64,000 bases of DNA from a virus. How positions within the stretch are numbered: position 1 is the stretch's first letter; every line of letters begins with the position of its first letter. The translations under genes were made by a program, and so were the position numbers. The stretch spans positions 32,001 through 96,000 of IMG/VR virus record IMGVR_UViG_3300033997_000310, one strand, 5' to 3'. The notes below the pieces were generated by a model. The model saw nothing but the letters and a program-made list of their open reading frames with translations, was not told the DNA's origin and ran no database searches. Below, one piece after another: positions 18,426-29,100 of this stretch.

Positions 18426-19412
18426 ATGTCCGTCACGCGCATCTCGGACGTGATCGTCCCGGAAGTGTTCACCCCGTACATGATCGAGCGCACCGCCGAG
18501 CTGTCCGCCCTGTGGCAGTCCGGTATCGTCGATCCCAACCCCGAGTTCACCTCCCTGGCCCAGGGCGGCGGCAATGACGTCAATCTTCCTTTCTGGAAGG
18601 ATCTGACCGGCGACTCCGAATCGGACGATGACGATCCGTCGAACCCGGCCAACCCCGCCAACATCGGCTCCAGCTCCGAAGTCGCCCGCAAGCACTTCAA
18701 GCGCAAGGCCTGGGGTAGCGCCGACCTGGCTGCGTCGCTGGCCGGCGATGATCCGATGCGCGCCATCGCTGATTTCGTGGCCGAATGGTGGACGCGCGAC
18801 ATGCAGCGCAACGCCCTGCTGCCCGCCCTGACCGGTATCTTCGCCGGCCCGCTGGCCAGCACCCATGTGCTGACCAAGGCGACGGAAGACGCCAATACGG
18901 CGCCGGACAGCGCCTTCATCGGCAGCGACAACGTGATCGACTGCGCCAACCTGCTGGGCGACCATTGGGAGCGCGTGACCACCCTGGTCATGCACTCCAA
19001 GCCGTTCTCGCGCCTGCAGAAGCTGAAGCTGATCGAGTATGTTCCGCTGTCTGAGCAGAACATCCAGGTTCCGTTCTTCCTTGGCCGCCGCGTGATCGTC
19101 GATGACGGCTGCCCGGCCGTGAATGGCAGCGCCAGCGGCAAGAAGTACACGACCTACCTGTTTGGCGCGGGAACCATCGCCTATGGCGAGGGCACGCCGA
19201 AGGTGCCGACCGAGACCGACCGCGACTCCCTGGCCGGTATCGATTATCTGGTCACCCGTCGTCACTTCTTCCTGCATCCGCGCGGCCTGAAGTGGGTCGG
19301 CGCCGTCGCCGGCAAGACCCCGACCAATGCCGAGCTGGAATCCGGTTCGTCCTGGAGCCTCGTCTACGAGGCCAAGAACGTGCCGATCCTCAAGCTGGTC
19401 ACCAACGGCTAA
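18426..19412 (+). CDS. major capsid protein
   Basis: TRISDVIVPEVF, NLPFWKDL, MHS, GRRVIVDD, HPRG; followed by a strong hairpin. Confidence 0.9.
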   Translation: MSVTRISDVIVPEVFTPYMIERTAELSALWQSGIVDPNPEFTSLAQGGGNDVNLPFWKDLTGDSESDDDDPSNPANPANIGSSSEVARKHFKRKAWGSADLAASLAGDDPMRAIADFVAEWWTRDMQRNALLPALTGIFAGPLASTHVLTKATEDANTAPDSAFIGSDNVIDCANLLGDHWERVTTLVMHSKPFSRLQKLKLIEYVPLSEQNIQVPFFLGRRVIVDDGCPAVNGSASGKKYTTYLFGAGTIAYGEGTPKVPTETDRDSLAGIDYLVTRRHFFLHPRGLKWVGAVAGKTPTNAELESGSSWSLVYEAKNVPILKLVTNG

Positions 19413-19418
19413 GGGCCT

Positions 19419-19442
19419 GACGGCTCGCTTCGGCGGGCCGTC
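19419..19442 (+). terminator. hairpin after the capsid gene
   Basis: GACGGCTCGC-TTCG-GCGGGCCGTC. Confidence 0.65.
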
Positions 19443-19469
19443 TCCTTATCGGCACAAGGAAGTCTCGCC

Positions 19470-20012
19470 ATGACGTACCGCAACAAGACCCTGTCCGAGC
19501 GCCAGCTTGCCAATATCGAGCTGCTGACGGACTCCTCCGGTGGCACCGAGGTGACTGAAATCACCTCCAAGGTCGGCATTTATGTCGTGCCGCTGTTCAT
19601 CAACCTTGCCGAAGTTACCGGCAACGGCGACGTACTGACGACATACACGCCTGGACACAAGTTCAAGATCCTGGCCGTGGACTTTGCCGTTGCAAAGGCC
19701 GTCACCACCGCCTCCAAGCGCGCCGACTTCAATCTGGAGATCGGCACGACGAACGTGACCGGTGGTGTCGTCAGCGTCACCAGCGCCGCTGCAACGCCGA
19801 TGGGCAAGGTCATCGCCGGCACGGCGGTCACTGCCGCCAACACCGGCAGCGCCACCGATACGATCTCGGTCGAATCGGCCAGCGTCACCGCGCACGCTGA
19901 AGGCAATGGCTGGATCCTGATCAAGCTCCAGAACATGGACACGGTCGATGCCGTCGCTGCGCTGTGCGGCAAGCTGAACGACGTGATCTACGGCGCGCAG
20001 AAGACGGCGTAA
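19470..20012 (+). CDS. virion structural/decoration protein
   Basis: Position after the capsid gene; Thr/Ala/Val-rich beta composition. Confidence 0.65.
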   Translation: MTYRNKTLSERQLANIELLTDSSGGTEVTEITSKVGIYVVPLFINLAEVTGNGDVLTTYTPGHKFKILAVDFAVAKAVTTASKRADFNLEIGTTNVTGGVVSVTSAAATPMGKVIAGTAVTAANTGSATDTISVESASVTAHAEGNGWILIKLQNMDTVDAVAALCGKLNDVIYGAQKTA

Positions 20013-20048
20013 CCCACGCCTCCACCTCTTTCAGAAGGATACCGGGCC

Positions 20049-20456
20049 ATGGCCCTCGAAACCGAAGCCTCCCTCACCCAGGACATGCCCTACACCAACG
20101 GCGCCCACGAGCGGGCCCTGGTGCAGTTGGCGGGGTACGAGGATGTCACCGCGACCACGACCACCCAGGCGCTGCGTGTCGATATCTATCAGACGCGCAT
20201 CACCGCTGCTGCCGTGTCCAGCGTCGCCACGCTGCCCGCCGGCACGTTCCCCGGCCAGCGCAAGGTCGTGACCATGCCGGCCCGCGCCGGCAGCGTCACA
20301 TTTATCCTGACCCCGAGCGTTGGTGTGACCTGGAAGCAGGCGAACGGCACCGACGACAGCGCCAGCGTCACCTTCGACGCTGCCGGTGAGTATCTGGTGG
20401 TGCTGTGGGATGGCGCTAAGTGGGTGAACCAGTCCACCAACGCCACCGTCGCCTGA
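20049..20456 (+). CDS. virion structural protein
   Basis: Position; TLPAG..GQ.K...WDG..W pattern. Confidence 0.6.
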   Translation: MALETEASLTQDMPYTNGAHERALVQLAGYEDVTATTTTQALRVDIYQTRITAAAVSSVATLPAGTFPGQRKVVTMPARAGSVTFILTPSVGVTWKQANGTDDSASVTFDAAGEYLVVLWDGAKWVNQSTNATVA

Positions 20457-20516
20457 CCCTGAACAAGGGGCGCCACCCCAACATGGCGCCCCTGAATCCC
20501 AACGGAGCGGAAAGCC

Positions 20517-20882
20517 ATGTCTGCCACCGGCCATAACTATCGCCGCATCATGCTCATGCGTCGTGCGGAGCAGGAGCGCCAGCGCTTGGCGCAGGAAGCT
20601 GCCGCTGCCCAGGAAACGGAGGCGAGCGACGAAGGTGCCGGCGCTCAAGGCATTCCATTGGAGGGCGCTGATCCAGGCGTGATCCCCTCTGCGCCCGTAC
20701 AAAACAGCGGCGAGATTCAGGCCGCCGATGCTCCGCCATCCGTCAACTACGCCGAGTTCACGAAGGTCGAACTGAAGAAGATGGCAGACGAGCGCTTTGG
20801 CCTGAAGCTGGAGCCGGCGATGTCGAAGGGCGACATGATCGCCGCCATTGAGGCCGCGGCCTCGAAGTCTGAAGGCAACTGA
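20517..20882 (+). CDS. hypothetical protein with a C-terminal small helical domain
   Basis: TKVELKKMA..G....K.DMI. Confidence 0.6.
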   Translation: MSATGHNYRRIMLMRRAEQERQRLAQEAAAAQETEASDEGAGAQGIPLEGADPGVIPSAPVQNSGEIQAADAPPSVNYAEFTKVELKKMADERFGLKLEPAMSKGDMIAAIEAAASKSEGN

Positions 20883-20884
20883 TC

Positions 20885-21184
20885 ATGCCTACCGCCTACA
20901 TCGAGGAATTCGATGCCGCCTACCGGGTGAATGGGGACGTCATTCCGACCGTCCCCGGCACCCTCATGGCCAAGCAGAAGGTCGCCATCGCCGGCACGTC
21001 TGCACAGTCATCCGCGCTGGCCGCCGGCACGCGCATCGTGCATCTGTGCGCCGATACCGATTGCCTGTTCCTGGTGGGCGCCAACCCGACCGCAGACGCC
21101 AACAGCCGCTATCTGCCGGCCAAGGTTCCGCGCCTGATCTCCGTCGCTGGCGGCGAGAAGATCGCCGTTATCAGCATCTCGTAA
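20885..21184 (+). CDS. hypothetical virion protein
   Basis: Position in the structural operon. Confidence 0.6.
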   Translation: MPTAYIEEFDAAYRVNGDVIPTVPGTLMAKQKVAIAGTSAQSSALAAGTRIVHLCADTDCLFLVGANPTADANSRYLPAKVPRLISVAGGEKIAVISIS

Positions 21185-21198
21185 CCTGGGAGGCCAGC

Positions 21199-21708
21199 GT
21201 GGCGTTCACCGCGGAAGACGGCACCGGAGTCACGGGAAGCAATTCCCTCGTGAGCGTTTCCGCTGCCGACACGTACTTCAGCGACCGGAACAACACGACT
21301 TGGGCCGCCAAGACGACGGCGCAGAAGCAGGCTGCACTTCTCGAAGGCACCGCCTACCTTGAAGGCACCTATGTCGGCCAATGGCCTGGCACGATCCTGA
21401 AAGAGACCCAGGGACTCTCCTGGCCGCGTGAATACGCCTATGACCGCGACCGCCGCGAACTGACCGGCGTCCCTGTTGATGTGCAGGCGGCTGTGTGCGA
21501 GTTGGCGTTCCAGTCCTTCTCCGGTGCGCTCGCACCCTCCACCAACGGCGCCAAGCGCGTGAAGCGCATCAAGGGCGGTTCGGCTGAGATCGAGTACGAG
21601 ACCAGCAGGGGCGGCACGGCCCGCGAATATCCGTTCGTGACGCGGCTGCTGTCGCGCATCCTGTCCGGTCCCGGCGGCACCTACAACATCGCGCTGCGGA
21701 GGGTCTGA
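21199..21708 (+). CDS. head-tail adaptor (DnaT-like family)
   Basis: GTG start after GGAGG; EDGTG..SNS..SV..AD.Y, Q.LSWPR, P.DV..A.CELA. Confidence 0.8.
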   Translation: MAFTAEDGTGVTGSNSLVSVSAADTYFSDRNNTTWAAKTTAQKQAALLEGTAYLEGTYVGQWPGTILKETQGLSWPREYAYDRDRRELTGVPVDVQAAVCELAFQSFSGALAPSTNGAKRVKRIKGGSAEIEYETSRGGTAREYPFVTRLLSRILSGPGGTYNIALRRV

Positions 21709-22097
21709 TGGGCTTGCTTGCTGACTTCTCCGACGGCATGGCCGAACTGTTCACCGCGCTGGAAGACCTGGCATTCGTCGGCACGGTCACGCGCACGGTC
21801 CCTGGCACCTATGACCCGGACACCGGCCCGACCAGCACCACACTGACGTCGTCGTGCAAGATCGTCTTCGATACCAAGCCGGACACGAACGACACTCGCC
21901 TCGTTGGCCTGGAGATCCTTCCGACCGACGAAAAAATGCTGCTGCAGGGCCTGACCTTCAAGCCGAACGAAGGCGATACCGTCACCATCACGGCGCGCGG
22001 TGACGGCACCTCAGTCAGTGACCAGCCGGTGCGGCGCATCATCTTCGTCGATGACGTCATTCAGAGCGGCGCGCTCTATTCCGTGGTGGGGCGCTGA
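21708..22097 (+). CDS. head closure/stopper protein
   Basis: GTYDP.TG motif; synteny. Confidence 0.65.
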   Translation: MGLLADFSDGMAELFTALEDLAFVGTVTRTVPGTYDPDTGPTSTTLTSSCKIVFDTKPDTNDTRLVGLEILPTDEKMLLQGLTFKPNEGDTVTITARGDGTSVSDQPVRRIIFVDDVIQSGALYSVVGR

Positions 22098-22558
22098 TGC
22101 CGGGACTGGACTTCGCATATCGCCTCGGATGGAAGGCCTACATCACCCTGGTCTGGGAAATCGTCTGGGACCGGTTCTGCTTCATGTGGTGGCGTACCGA
22201 GACGAGGTCGGCAGAAATCGTGTTCGGGTCCGTCGCCGCGCTATGGGCTGCCCTACTGTTTCACGCGGATACCGCGTCCGCCAAGCATCTGTCGTCCTAT
22301 CTGGAGACCATCGCACCGGCCGGCGTCTGGCAATGGCTGCTGTTTGTCCTGGGTGGTGCGCAGTGCGCCATCGCCTGGTTCAAGCAGCGCTCGCTGATTC
22401 CGCTGCGGCTGTTGATCTGGATGGCCAGCTTCGCGACGTGGTCCTACGTCATGCTCATCAGCTTCCTCGCTGTACCGCCAGCGCTGATTACTGCTGCCGT
22501 CGCTGCTGTGCTGGTCTTCGGCTCTTTCTGGGCTGTCACTCGAACGGGGCGTGGGTGA
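22097..22558 (+). CDS. multi-pass membrane protein
   Basis: About four hydrophobic segments. Confidence 0.65.
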   Translation: MPGLDFAYRLGWKAYITLVWEIVWDRFCFMWWRTETRSAEIVFGSVAALWAALLFHADTASAKHLSSYLETIAPAGVWQWLLFVLGGAQCAIAWFKQRSLIPLRLLIWMASFATWSYVMLISFLAVPPALITAAVAAVLVFGSFWAVTRTGRG

Positions 22559-22561
22559 TGC

Positions 22562-22900
22562 ATGGAAATCCTGTCGCTCTTTCAGAAGCTCGGCCCGGAA
22601 TGGCTCACCGGCGGCCTGTTCGCGGGCGTGGCCATCTTCGCCCTGGTGCTGCAACTGAAGCGCATGAGGCAGGACGACAGCCGGAACGACGCAGAGGTGC
22701 AGTTTCGGGGCGACCTGTTCAAGCAAATCGCGGAGCAACGGGCGGAAATCAAGGAACTGAAGGAGCGCGCCGATCGGTTCGCAGACGAGCGCAACAAGGC
22801 CTTGCTGGCCGCGGCCGCCATGGAAGCATCCAACAAGGAACTGGCGGCACAGGTCGGCGGCTTGCAGGCGCTGCACGACATCCGGCGGGGAGATAAGTGA
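22562..22900 (+). CDS. membrane-anchored coiled-coil protein (holin-like?)
   Basis: One N-terminal transmembrane segment then a coiled coil. Confidence 0.55.
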   Translation: MEILSLFQKLGPEWLTGGLFAGVAIFALVLQLKRMRQDDSRNDAEVQFRGDLFKQIAEQRAEIKELKERADRFADERNKALLAAAAMEASNKELAAQVGGLQALHDIRRGDK

Positions 22901-23307
22901 TGCCGTCCGGTACTTTCGCGCTTGATGTATCTCGCTGGGTCGCCAAGGCCAATGGCAACACCGATCTGGTGTTGCGCAAGATCACTTTGGACTTGACGCG
23001 GTCGGTCGTGATGAAAACGCCTGTCGACACCGGCCGTGCCAGAGGTGCGTGGTCCGTGTCCATCGCGACCATTCCGCCATATGAGGTTAAGCCGGAAGAC
23101 AAGAGCGGCGGCAACGTGCTGAGCAAGGCTGCCGGCACAATCAACAGCGAGGTGAAGGCTGGCCAGGTCATTTACCTCACCAACACGCTGCCGTACATCC
23201 TGCGCCTTGAGGAAGGCTACTCAAAGCAGGCCCCGGCCGGCATGGTTGGGCTCACGCTGCGTGAATGGCCCGGCATCGTCCGCACCAGCACGGCGGGGCT
23301 GCCATGA
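22897..23307 (+). CDS. HK97 gp10-like neck/tail completion protein
   Basis: TPVDTGRAR..W, N.LPY..RLE.G.SKQAP.GMV. Confidence 0.88.
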   Translation: MMPSGTFALDVSRWVAKANGNTDLVLRKITLDLTRSVVMKTPVDTGRARGAWSVSIATIPPYEVKPEDKSGGNVLSKAAGTINSEVKAGQVIYLTNTLPYILRLEEGYSKQAPAGMVGLTLREWPGIVRTSTAGLP

Positions 23308-23735
23308 CCGCGCTTCGCATCGCATCCGCCATGGAAAAGCGCCTCAAGAGCCTATCGCCCGCACTGCCGACGAAGTGGGAGGGCGCGCAATACACAGCGA
23401 CCGCAGGCACCGCATGGCAGCGCGCCACCGTGATGTTCTCCGACACGCGGGCCTTGGGTGTGTTCGGCGAAGCGCCTGAGGAATGGACCGGGTATCTGCA
23501 CATCTCGCTCAACTACCCGAACGGGCAGGGCGCACAGCCGGCGCGCACGCGTGCAACGCTTCTCTGCGGAGACCGGGACAATGGCGTTCAAGGCCACTTC
23601 TATCGCGGTCAAGTGCTGATTGAGGGCAACACCAAGGTCACGATCTATCAGCCGATCATCAAGACGGGCGATGACTCTGACCCGCTCTGGTACTCGCTGC
23701 CCGTACACATCCCTTTCCTCGCTCACACGATCTGA
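23304..23735 (+). CDS. tail terminator protein
   Basis: G.L.I....P.G.G, F.RG, PV.I.F; synteny. Confidence 0.7.
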   Translation: MTALRIASAMEKRLKSLSPALPTKWEGAQYTATAGTAWQRATVMFSDTRALGVFGEAPEEWTGYLHISLNYPNGQGAQPARTRATLLCGDRDNGVQGHFYRGQVLIEGNTKVTIYQPIIKTGDDSDPLWYSLPVHIPFLAHTI

Positions 23736-23747
23736 CGGAAGGAAATC

Positions 23748-24041
23748 ATGGCCACCAAGCGCAAGCCCGTCGAGCCCGCCACCGAGATCGTCGCGCCGCC
23801 CGCCGATGTCAACATCGTCGTGAGCGCACTGAACGCTCTGTCCGAAGCGGCATCCTCCGGCAGTGCATGGACACCAGATGTAGCATCGCTGTATCAAGAT
23901 GCGGTGCAACTTGCGCAGAAGCAGGCGAAGGCGCTGGAGCGTATCGCAGGTTTCGAATTTGCATCCGACGCGCCACCGGGCCCAGCCCACGCTGCGTTGA
24001 ATGCAGTCCGCAAGATCGCCAGCGACGCCCTGGGGGCGTAA
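23748..24041 (+). CDS. hypothetical protein
   Basis: AAGGA RBS; in the structural operon. Confidence 0.55.
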   Translation: MATKRKPVEPATEIVAPPADVNIVVSALNALSEAASSGSAWTPDVASLYQDAVQLAQKQAKALERIAGFEFASDAPPGPAHAALNAVRKIASDALGA

Positions 24042-24108
24042 CGGCAACCCAACCCGCCGGTGGCAGGGCCATCGGCAGCCAACACCCCCAATCTGAAGGA
24101 CGTTCGCC

Positions 24109-25320
24109 ATGACGATCGCAAAGGGCATTGCCAAGCAGCTCATCTACAAGAAGGAAACCACGTTCGGCACGCTGGCCGGCGCGTCCAGTGCGCAGCGCCT
24201 GCGCCGCACGGAATCGACGCTGAACCTGCAGAAGGACACCTACCAGTCGGCCGAAATCCGCAGCGATTATCAGATCGCCGATTTCCGCCACGGTGTGCGT
24301 CGCGTCGCCGGCAACGTGAATGGCGAGTTGAGCCTGGGGACCTATAAGGACTTCATCGCCCATGTCCTGCGCCAGGATTGGGTGGCCGGTGTCTCCAAGA
24401 CCAACAGCGATTTCACCAGCGTGACCAGCGACAGCGGCACGAAGACCTTCACTTTCGCCAGCGGCAACCCCATCACCGAGGGCTTCCGCGTGGGCGACGT
24501 GATCCGGTGGACGGGGCTGGCGGCGACCGCCAACAACAGCCGCAACATGCGGATCACCGCGCTGACCAGCACGGCCATCACCGTGGCCGAAAGCATCACG
24601 ACCGATGCCAGCCCGGACAGCAGCTTCACGGTTGCGGTGGTCGGCAGCAAGGTCATGGTGCCTTCGACCGGCCACACCGACACCAGCTTCACGTTCGAGC
24701 ATTACTTCTCTGACCTGGACAAGACCGAGGTCTTCACGGGCGTCAAGGTCAACACCATGGAGATCGGCCTGCCGGCAACCGGCATGGCGACCATCAACAT
24801 GGCGATGATGGGCCAGAACCGCACGCTGGATCCCAATGGTGACGGCTCCGCGCCGTACTTCACCAGCCCGACCTCCGAAACGACCACGGCTATCCTGGCA
24901 GCGGTTAGCGGCGTGCTGCGTGTCAACGGCGCCGACAACGCCGTCGTGACCGGCATCACCATCAACATCTCTGGCAACATCACGGGCGATCCGGTGGTCG
25001 GCTCCAACCTGATCCCGAACATGTTCACCGGTCGCGTGAACGTCACCGGCAGCTTCACCGCCTATTTCGATGGGCAGTCGCTGGACGAGGCTTTCGACGA
25101 CGAGTCCGAGGTCTCGCTGCACTTCATGCTGACCACCGCCGATGGCGAGCCGAAGCCGTTCCTGGCTGTACATCTGCCGCGAATCAAGTTGGGCGGAAAC
25201 GACAAGAACGACGGTGAGGGCGGCCTGATCCAGACCATCCCGTTCCAGGCGCTTCTGAAGCCGACGACGAGCGGTTTCGACTCTTCAACGATAATTTTCC
25301 AGGACAGCAGCGTGTCCTAA
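24109..25320 (+). CDS. major tail tube protein
   Basis: ETTFG, S.EIR.D.Q....RHG...V.G..NGELS, SFT.E. Confidence 0.88.
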   Translation: MTIAKGIAKQLIYKKETTFGTLAGASSAQRLRRTESTLNLQKDTYQSAEIRSDYQIADFRHGVRRVAGNVNGELSLGTYKDFIAHVLRQDWVAGVSKTNSDFTSVTSDSGTKTFTFASGNPITEGFRVGDVIRWTGLAATANNSRNMRITALTSTAITVAESITTDASPDSSFTVAVVGSKVMVPSTGHTDTSFTFEHYFSDLDKTEVFTGVKVNTMEIGLPATGMATINMAMMGQNRTLDPNGDGSAPYFTSPTSETTTAILAAVSGVLRVNGADNAVVTGITINISGNITGDPVVGSNLIPNMFTGRVNVTGSFTAYFDGQSLDEAFDDESEVSLHFMLTTADGEPKPFLAVHLPRIKLGGNDKNDGEGGLIQTIPFQALLKPTTSGFDSSTIIFQDSSVS

Positions 25321-25417
25321 CCGAGATGCCGGCCCCAACCCGGCATGAGTGTCTGCGCAGACTTGGGGGCGGGGAGTTGGGCCCCGCCCCCTTCAACCCA
25401 CCCAACGGGAAATCATC

Positions 25418-25804
25418 ATGGCCTTCGACATTTCCGCTGCCAAGCAGCTCGACACCGCTGAATACACCGTCATCCACCCGGCGACGAAGGATGAGACGGA
25501 ATGGAAGATCACTTTCGCCGGCCCGAGCCATCCCAAGGCCGTCTCGCAGCGCAACGCCATGCTCCGCAAGGGCCTGGTGCGCAGCAAGAACGGCGGGCGC
25601 GATCTGAAGCCGAACGTGGTCGATGAGGAAGCCGTCGACTTCATCGTCGATCGCATCATCGGCTGGACCGGCGCGTCGCAGGAGTTCGAAGAGGAATACG
25701 CCAAGTCGCTGCTGATGAAGCCGGAATATAGCTGGCTGCGTGGCCAGTTGAACGTGTTCCTGAACGACGACGCGTCTTTTATCGGCAGCTCCGCGACGAA
25801 CTGA
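25418..25804 (+). CDS. tail assembly chaperone (G-like)
   Basis: HP.T, I.GW, Y.W...Q...F; lies between tail tube and tape measure. Confidence 0.8.
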   Translation: MAFDISAAKQLDTAEYTVIHPATKDETEWKITFAGPSHPKAVSQRNAMLRKGLVRSKNGGRDLKPNVVDEEAVDFIVDRIIGWTGASQEFEEEYAKSLLMKPEYSWLRGQLNVFLNDDASFIGSSATN

Positions 25805-26175
25805 TCGCCTACGCGGAGCACGAGTTTGCCCTGTCGGTGGAAACCGATGGGGCAACCCTCCGGAAGCACCTGGAGAGCGTGGAAGCGCAGACAGGCAAGC
25901 GACCGGCACAGTTGGATGGCCCCGAGTTCCCAACCGGGGTGGAGTATCTGTGGGAGTGGTACTGGCAGCTGCGTCGCCACAACGGCGGCAATGGTTTCGG
26001 GCCCGGCCCGATATCGTGGAGTGAAATCGACGCTTGGGCGAGAAGAACCGGGGCAGACCCGGCCCCCTGGGAGTTGGAAGTGATCTCTGAACTGGACGCC
26101 GCCTATCTGAAACAGCAGGCGGTTGAACGGAAAAAGAATGACGACCGACATCGCAACGCTCGGGATCAAGGTTGA
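25777..26175 (+). CDS. tail assembly chaperone extension (T-like), probably read by -1 frameshift
   Basis: LWEWYWQL..GPISWSEIDAW..WE...I..LD; -1 frame opens at TCT TTT (25775-25780). Confidence 0.75.
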   Translation, partial: FYRQLRDELIAYAEHEFALSVETDGATLRKHLESVEAQTGKRPAQLDGPEFPTGVEYLWEWYWQLRRHNGGNGFGPGPISWSEIDAWARRTGADPAPWELEVISELDAAYLKQQAVERKKNDDRHRNARDQG

Positions 26176-29100
26176 CACCACGCAAGCGGCACGCGGGGCC
26201 AGTGACCTTGAGCGCTTCGAGGAAAGCGCCGGGAAAGCCGGTCGGGCGGTCGACAAGATGGAGAACGAGGTCAACTCCATTCTGGGTCCGCTGCGTGCGC
26301 TCCAGGGCTTGTTGGCTGGTGTCACTGCGGCGCTTGGTATCCAGAAGCTGATCGAATATGCCGACACATGGAACCTGCTGAACGCGCGCATCAAGATCGT
26401 CAGCCGCTCAACGCAGGAGTTTGTCACGGCGCAGCGAGAACTGTTCCGCATCTCGCAGGAAACCAGAACGGCACTGGAGGGCACGGTCTCGCTCTATACC
26501 CGCGTCGCTGGCGTTGCGCAGCGAGCAGGTCGGTCGCAGGTCGAGGTGCTGAAGTTCACCGAGACCGTCAGCAAGGGACTCCAGGTCTCTGGCGCATCTG
26601 CGGCCGAGGCGCAGAACACCATTATCCAGCTTGGCCAAGCGCTGGCCAGCGGTGCCCTGCGTGGCGACGAGTTCAACTCCCTGCGTGAGAATGCGGGAGC
26701 CCTGGTGCAGGTGCTGGCTGATAACATCAAGGGCGTCGACGGCAACATGGGAAAGCTCCGTGAGTTCGCGGAGCAGGGCAAGCTGACGTTCGACGTGATT
26801 TTCAATGCGGCGCTGGGTGCTTCGGCCAAGATCAATGCCGACTATGCACAGCTTCCGGTAACTGTTGGCGCGGCTTTTACGGTTCTAGAAAACGCCTTCA
26901 TGAAGTTCGTCGGTGAGGTGGACAAGTCCACCGGCATCACGGCGGCTCTGTCGTCTGGACTGGTCTCGCTGTCAAAGAACCTGGATCTTGTTGCCGCATC
27001 CCTGGCAGGCTTGGCCGCCGCCGGCATCGTCGCCAGCCTGGGCACAATTATCGGCCTTATCCGGACAGCCACCACGGCCACCATCGCATGGACGGCGGCG
27101 CTGGCAACGAATCCAATTGGACTGCTGGCCGTGGCAATCTCAAGTGCTGTCGCGGCGCTGGTCTACTATCGAAATGAACTGGTGAATATCGGCAACCAGA
27201 CCGTTCGTGTCGGCAATGTGATCTCTGCCGTGTGGACGACCATTGCCGCCCCGATCGAGGCCGCTGTGAAGTGGCTGGCCGCAATGGTGCGCACACTTGC
27301 AGCGCTTGCGGCTTTCGACTTCAGCTCTGTTGGTCGCGGCCTTGGCGATGGCGCACAGGCCATGAAGGGCGCGGTATCAGATATCGAAAAGGCGTGGTCC
27401 CGTATGAACCTGCGGCCTGGACGCGATATGGGCCGCGACTCGGTCAACAACACGCCGACACCGGTCGCTGGTGTCGATCCTGCGGAGGTGAATGACAAAG
27501 AGCAACTGGTCAACGCCATCGAACGCATCATCGGCGCCTACGACAGGGAAAAGAAGATTGCCTTCGAGGTGGCCGACGCGCGCAAGCATCTGAACGCGGC
27601 GATGGAGGCCGGTTCCCAGGCACTGAAGGACCAGATCGCGGCGGCCGGGGGCGTCGATTCCATCCTGAAGCGGTACGAGGCGCAGCTTCGTAGCAACACG
27701 ACTGCGGTCAAGCAGGCCGACGCCGTCACGCAGGCATTCAAGGACCAGATCGATGACGTCAATCGTTTCTTGGCGGATCAGGCCGGCGGACTGACCGAAG
27801 CCGAGAAGGCCTACCAGCCCTATGCGGCTCAGATCGAGAAGCTGAACGACCTGCTGGCCAAGAAGGGCGTCACCGACCAACAGCGCATCGCTATCCAGGA
27901 GACGATCAACAAGCTGGAGTTGGCCGGCCGCGTCGCCATGGAAGATGCCAACGCCAAACTCCAGCGCCAGATCGATCTGCGCACCCTGGAACTGAATAGA
28001 CTGAAAGAGCGCAACGGGCTCATGTCTCGCGTCGTCGCCGGCGGCTCCGATGGACTGAAGGCTGGCGTGGAGTTGGAGGCTAAGGTCACGCAGTGGCAGA
28101 TCGACGATGCCATCCGTGGCCTCACCGATAGCCTGCGTGATGCGCGTGGGCAGATCAGCGAGACCAATCAGGCCATCATCGACGCCACCGAGGCGGAGAT
28201 GAAGCGCAATGCCGTCCTTGAGCGGCAGGCGCAGATCAACGGCCTTGCACAGACCGCAGCCGACAGCCTGGGCAACATCTTCACGCGCATCCAGTCCGGC
28301 GATTGGGGTAGCGTGGCCGAGGGCGTCGGCAAGTTCGTCACCGATTTCCAAACGCTTGAGAAGAAGACGGGCTCAACTGCCGGTGCCTTTAAGGAGTTGG
28401 GCGAAAACCTGCTGAAGTCGGCAGAGGCTGGCAACGCGCTGGGCAACATGCTGGGCAGCCTGTTCGGCCGGTCGGCGGCGGAGCAGAAGAACGCGCAGAA
28501 GGGCGGCGCCATCGGCGGCACCGTTGGCAGCTTCTTCGGAATGAAGGGGGCCGGCGCCTTCGTTGGCAACATCATCGGCGGCTTCTTCGGTACTTCCAAG
28601 GCCATGGAGCGCGCTGCGCAGAAGGCTGCCGACGTCGCCAAGCTCAACGAACAGATCGACAGCTTCCTCCAGGCCGCGTCGTCGGCCACCGATATGCAGA
28701 AGCAGCTCACGGCTTTGGATGCTCAATTCCAGTCGTTGCGGCGCGAAGCCGAGCGCTTGAAGCAGCCGGTCGACCTGCTGACGAAGGCCTATGAGGCCCA
28801 GCGCAAGAAAATCCTGGACGCCTTCGGCTCCGGCATCGACGAGCTGATCGACAAGTATTCCGGCCGGCAGGCGATGGCTGACCTGCGGGCCCTGCTGAAA
28901 GTGCAGGAGCAGCGCATCAAGGACGCGTTGGTGGCGGAATACGATCTGGGCAAGGTGCGTCGGGCCAATGCGCTGGAACTGGCTGATTTCTTCTCCAACC
29001 TGACCGAGGATCAGCTTGCCGCTTTCGGCGATCTGGTCTCCGCGCTCGACCGGGTGAAGGCCCGCATCCGCGACCTGACCACCACCATCACGGATCAACT

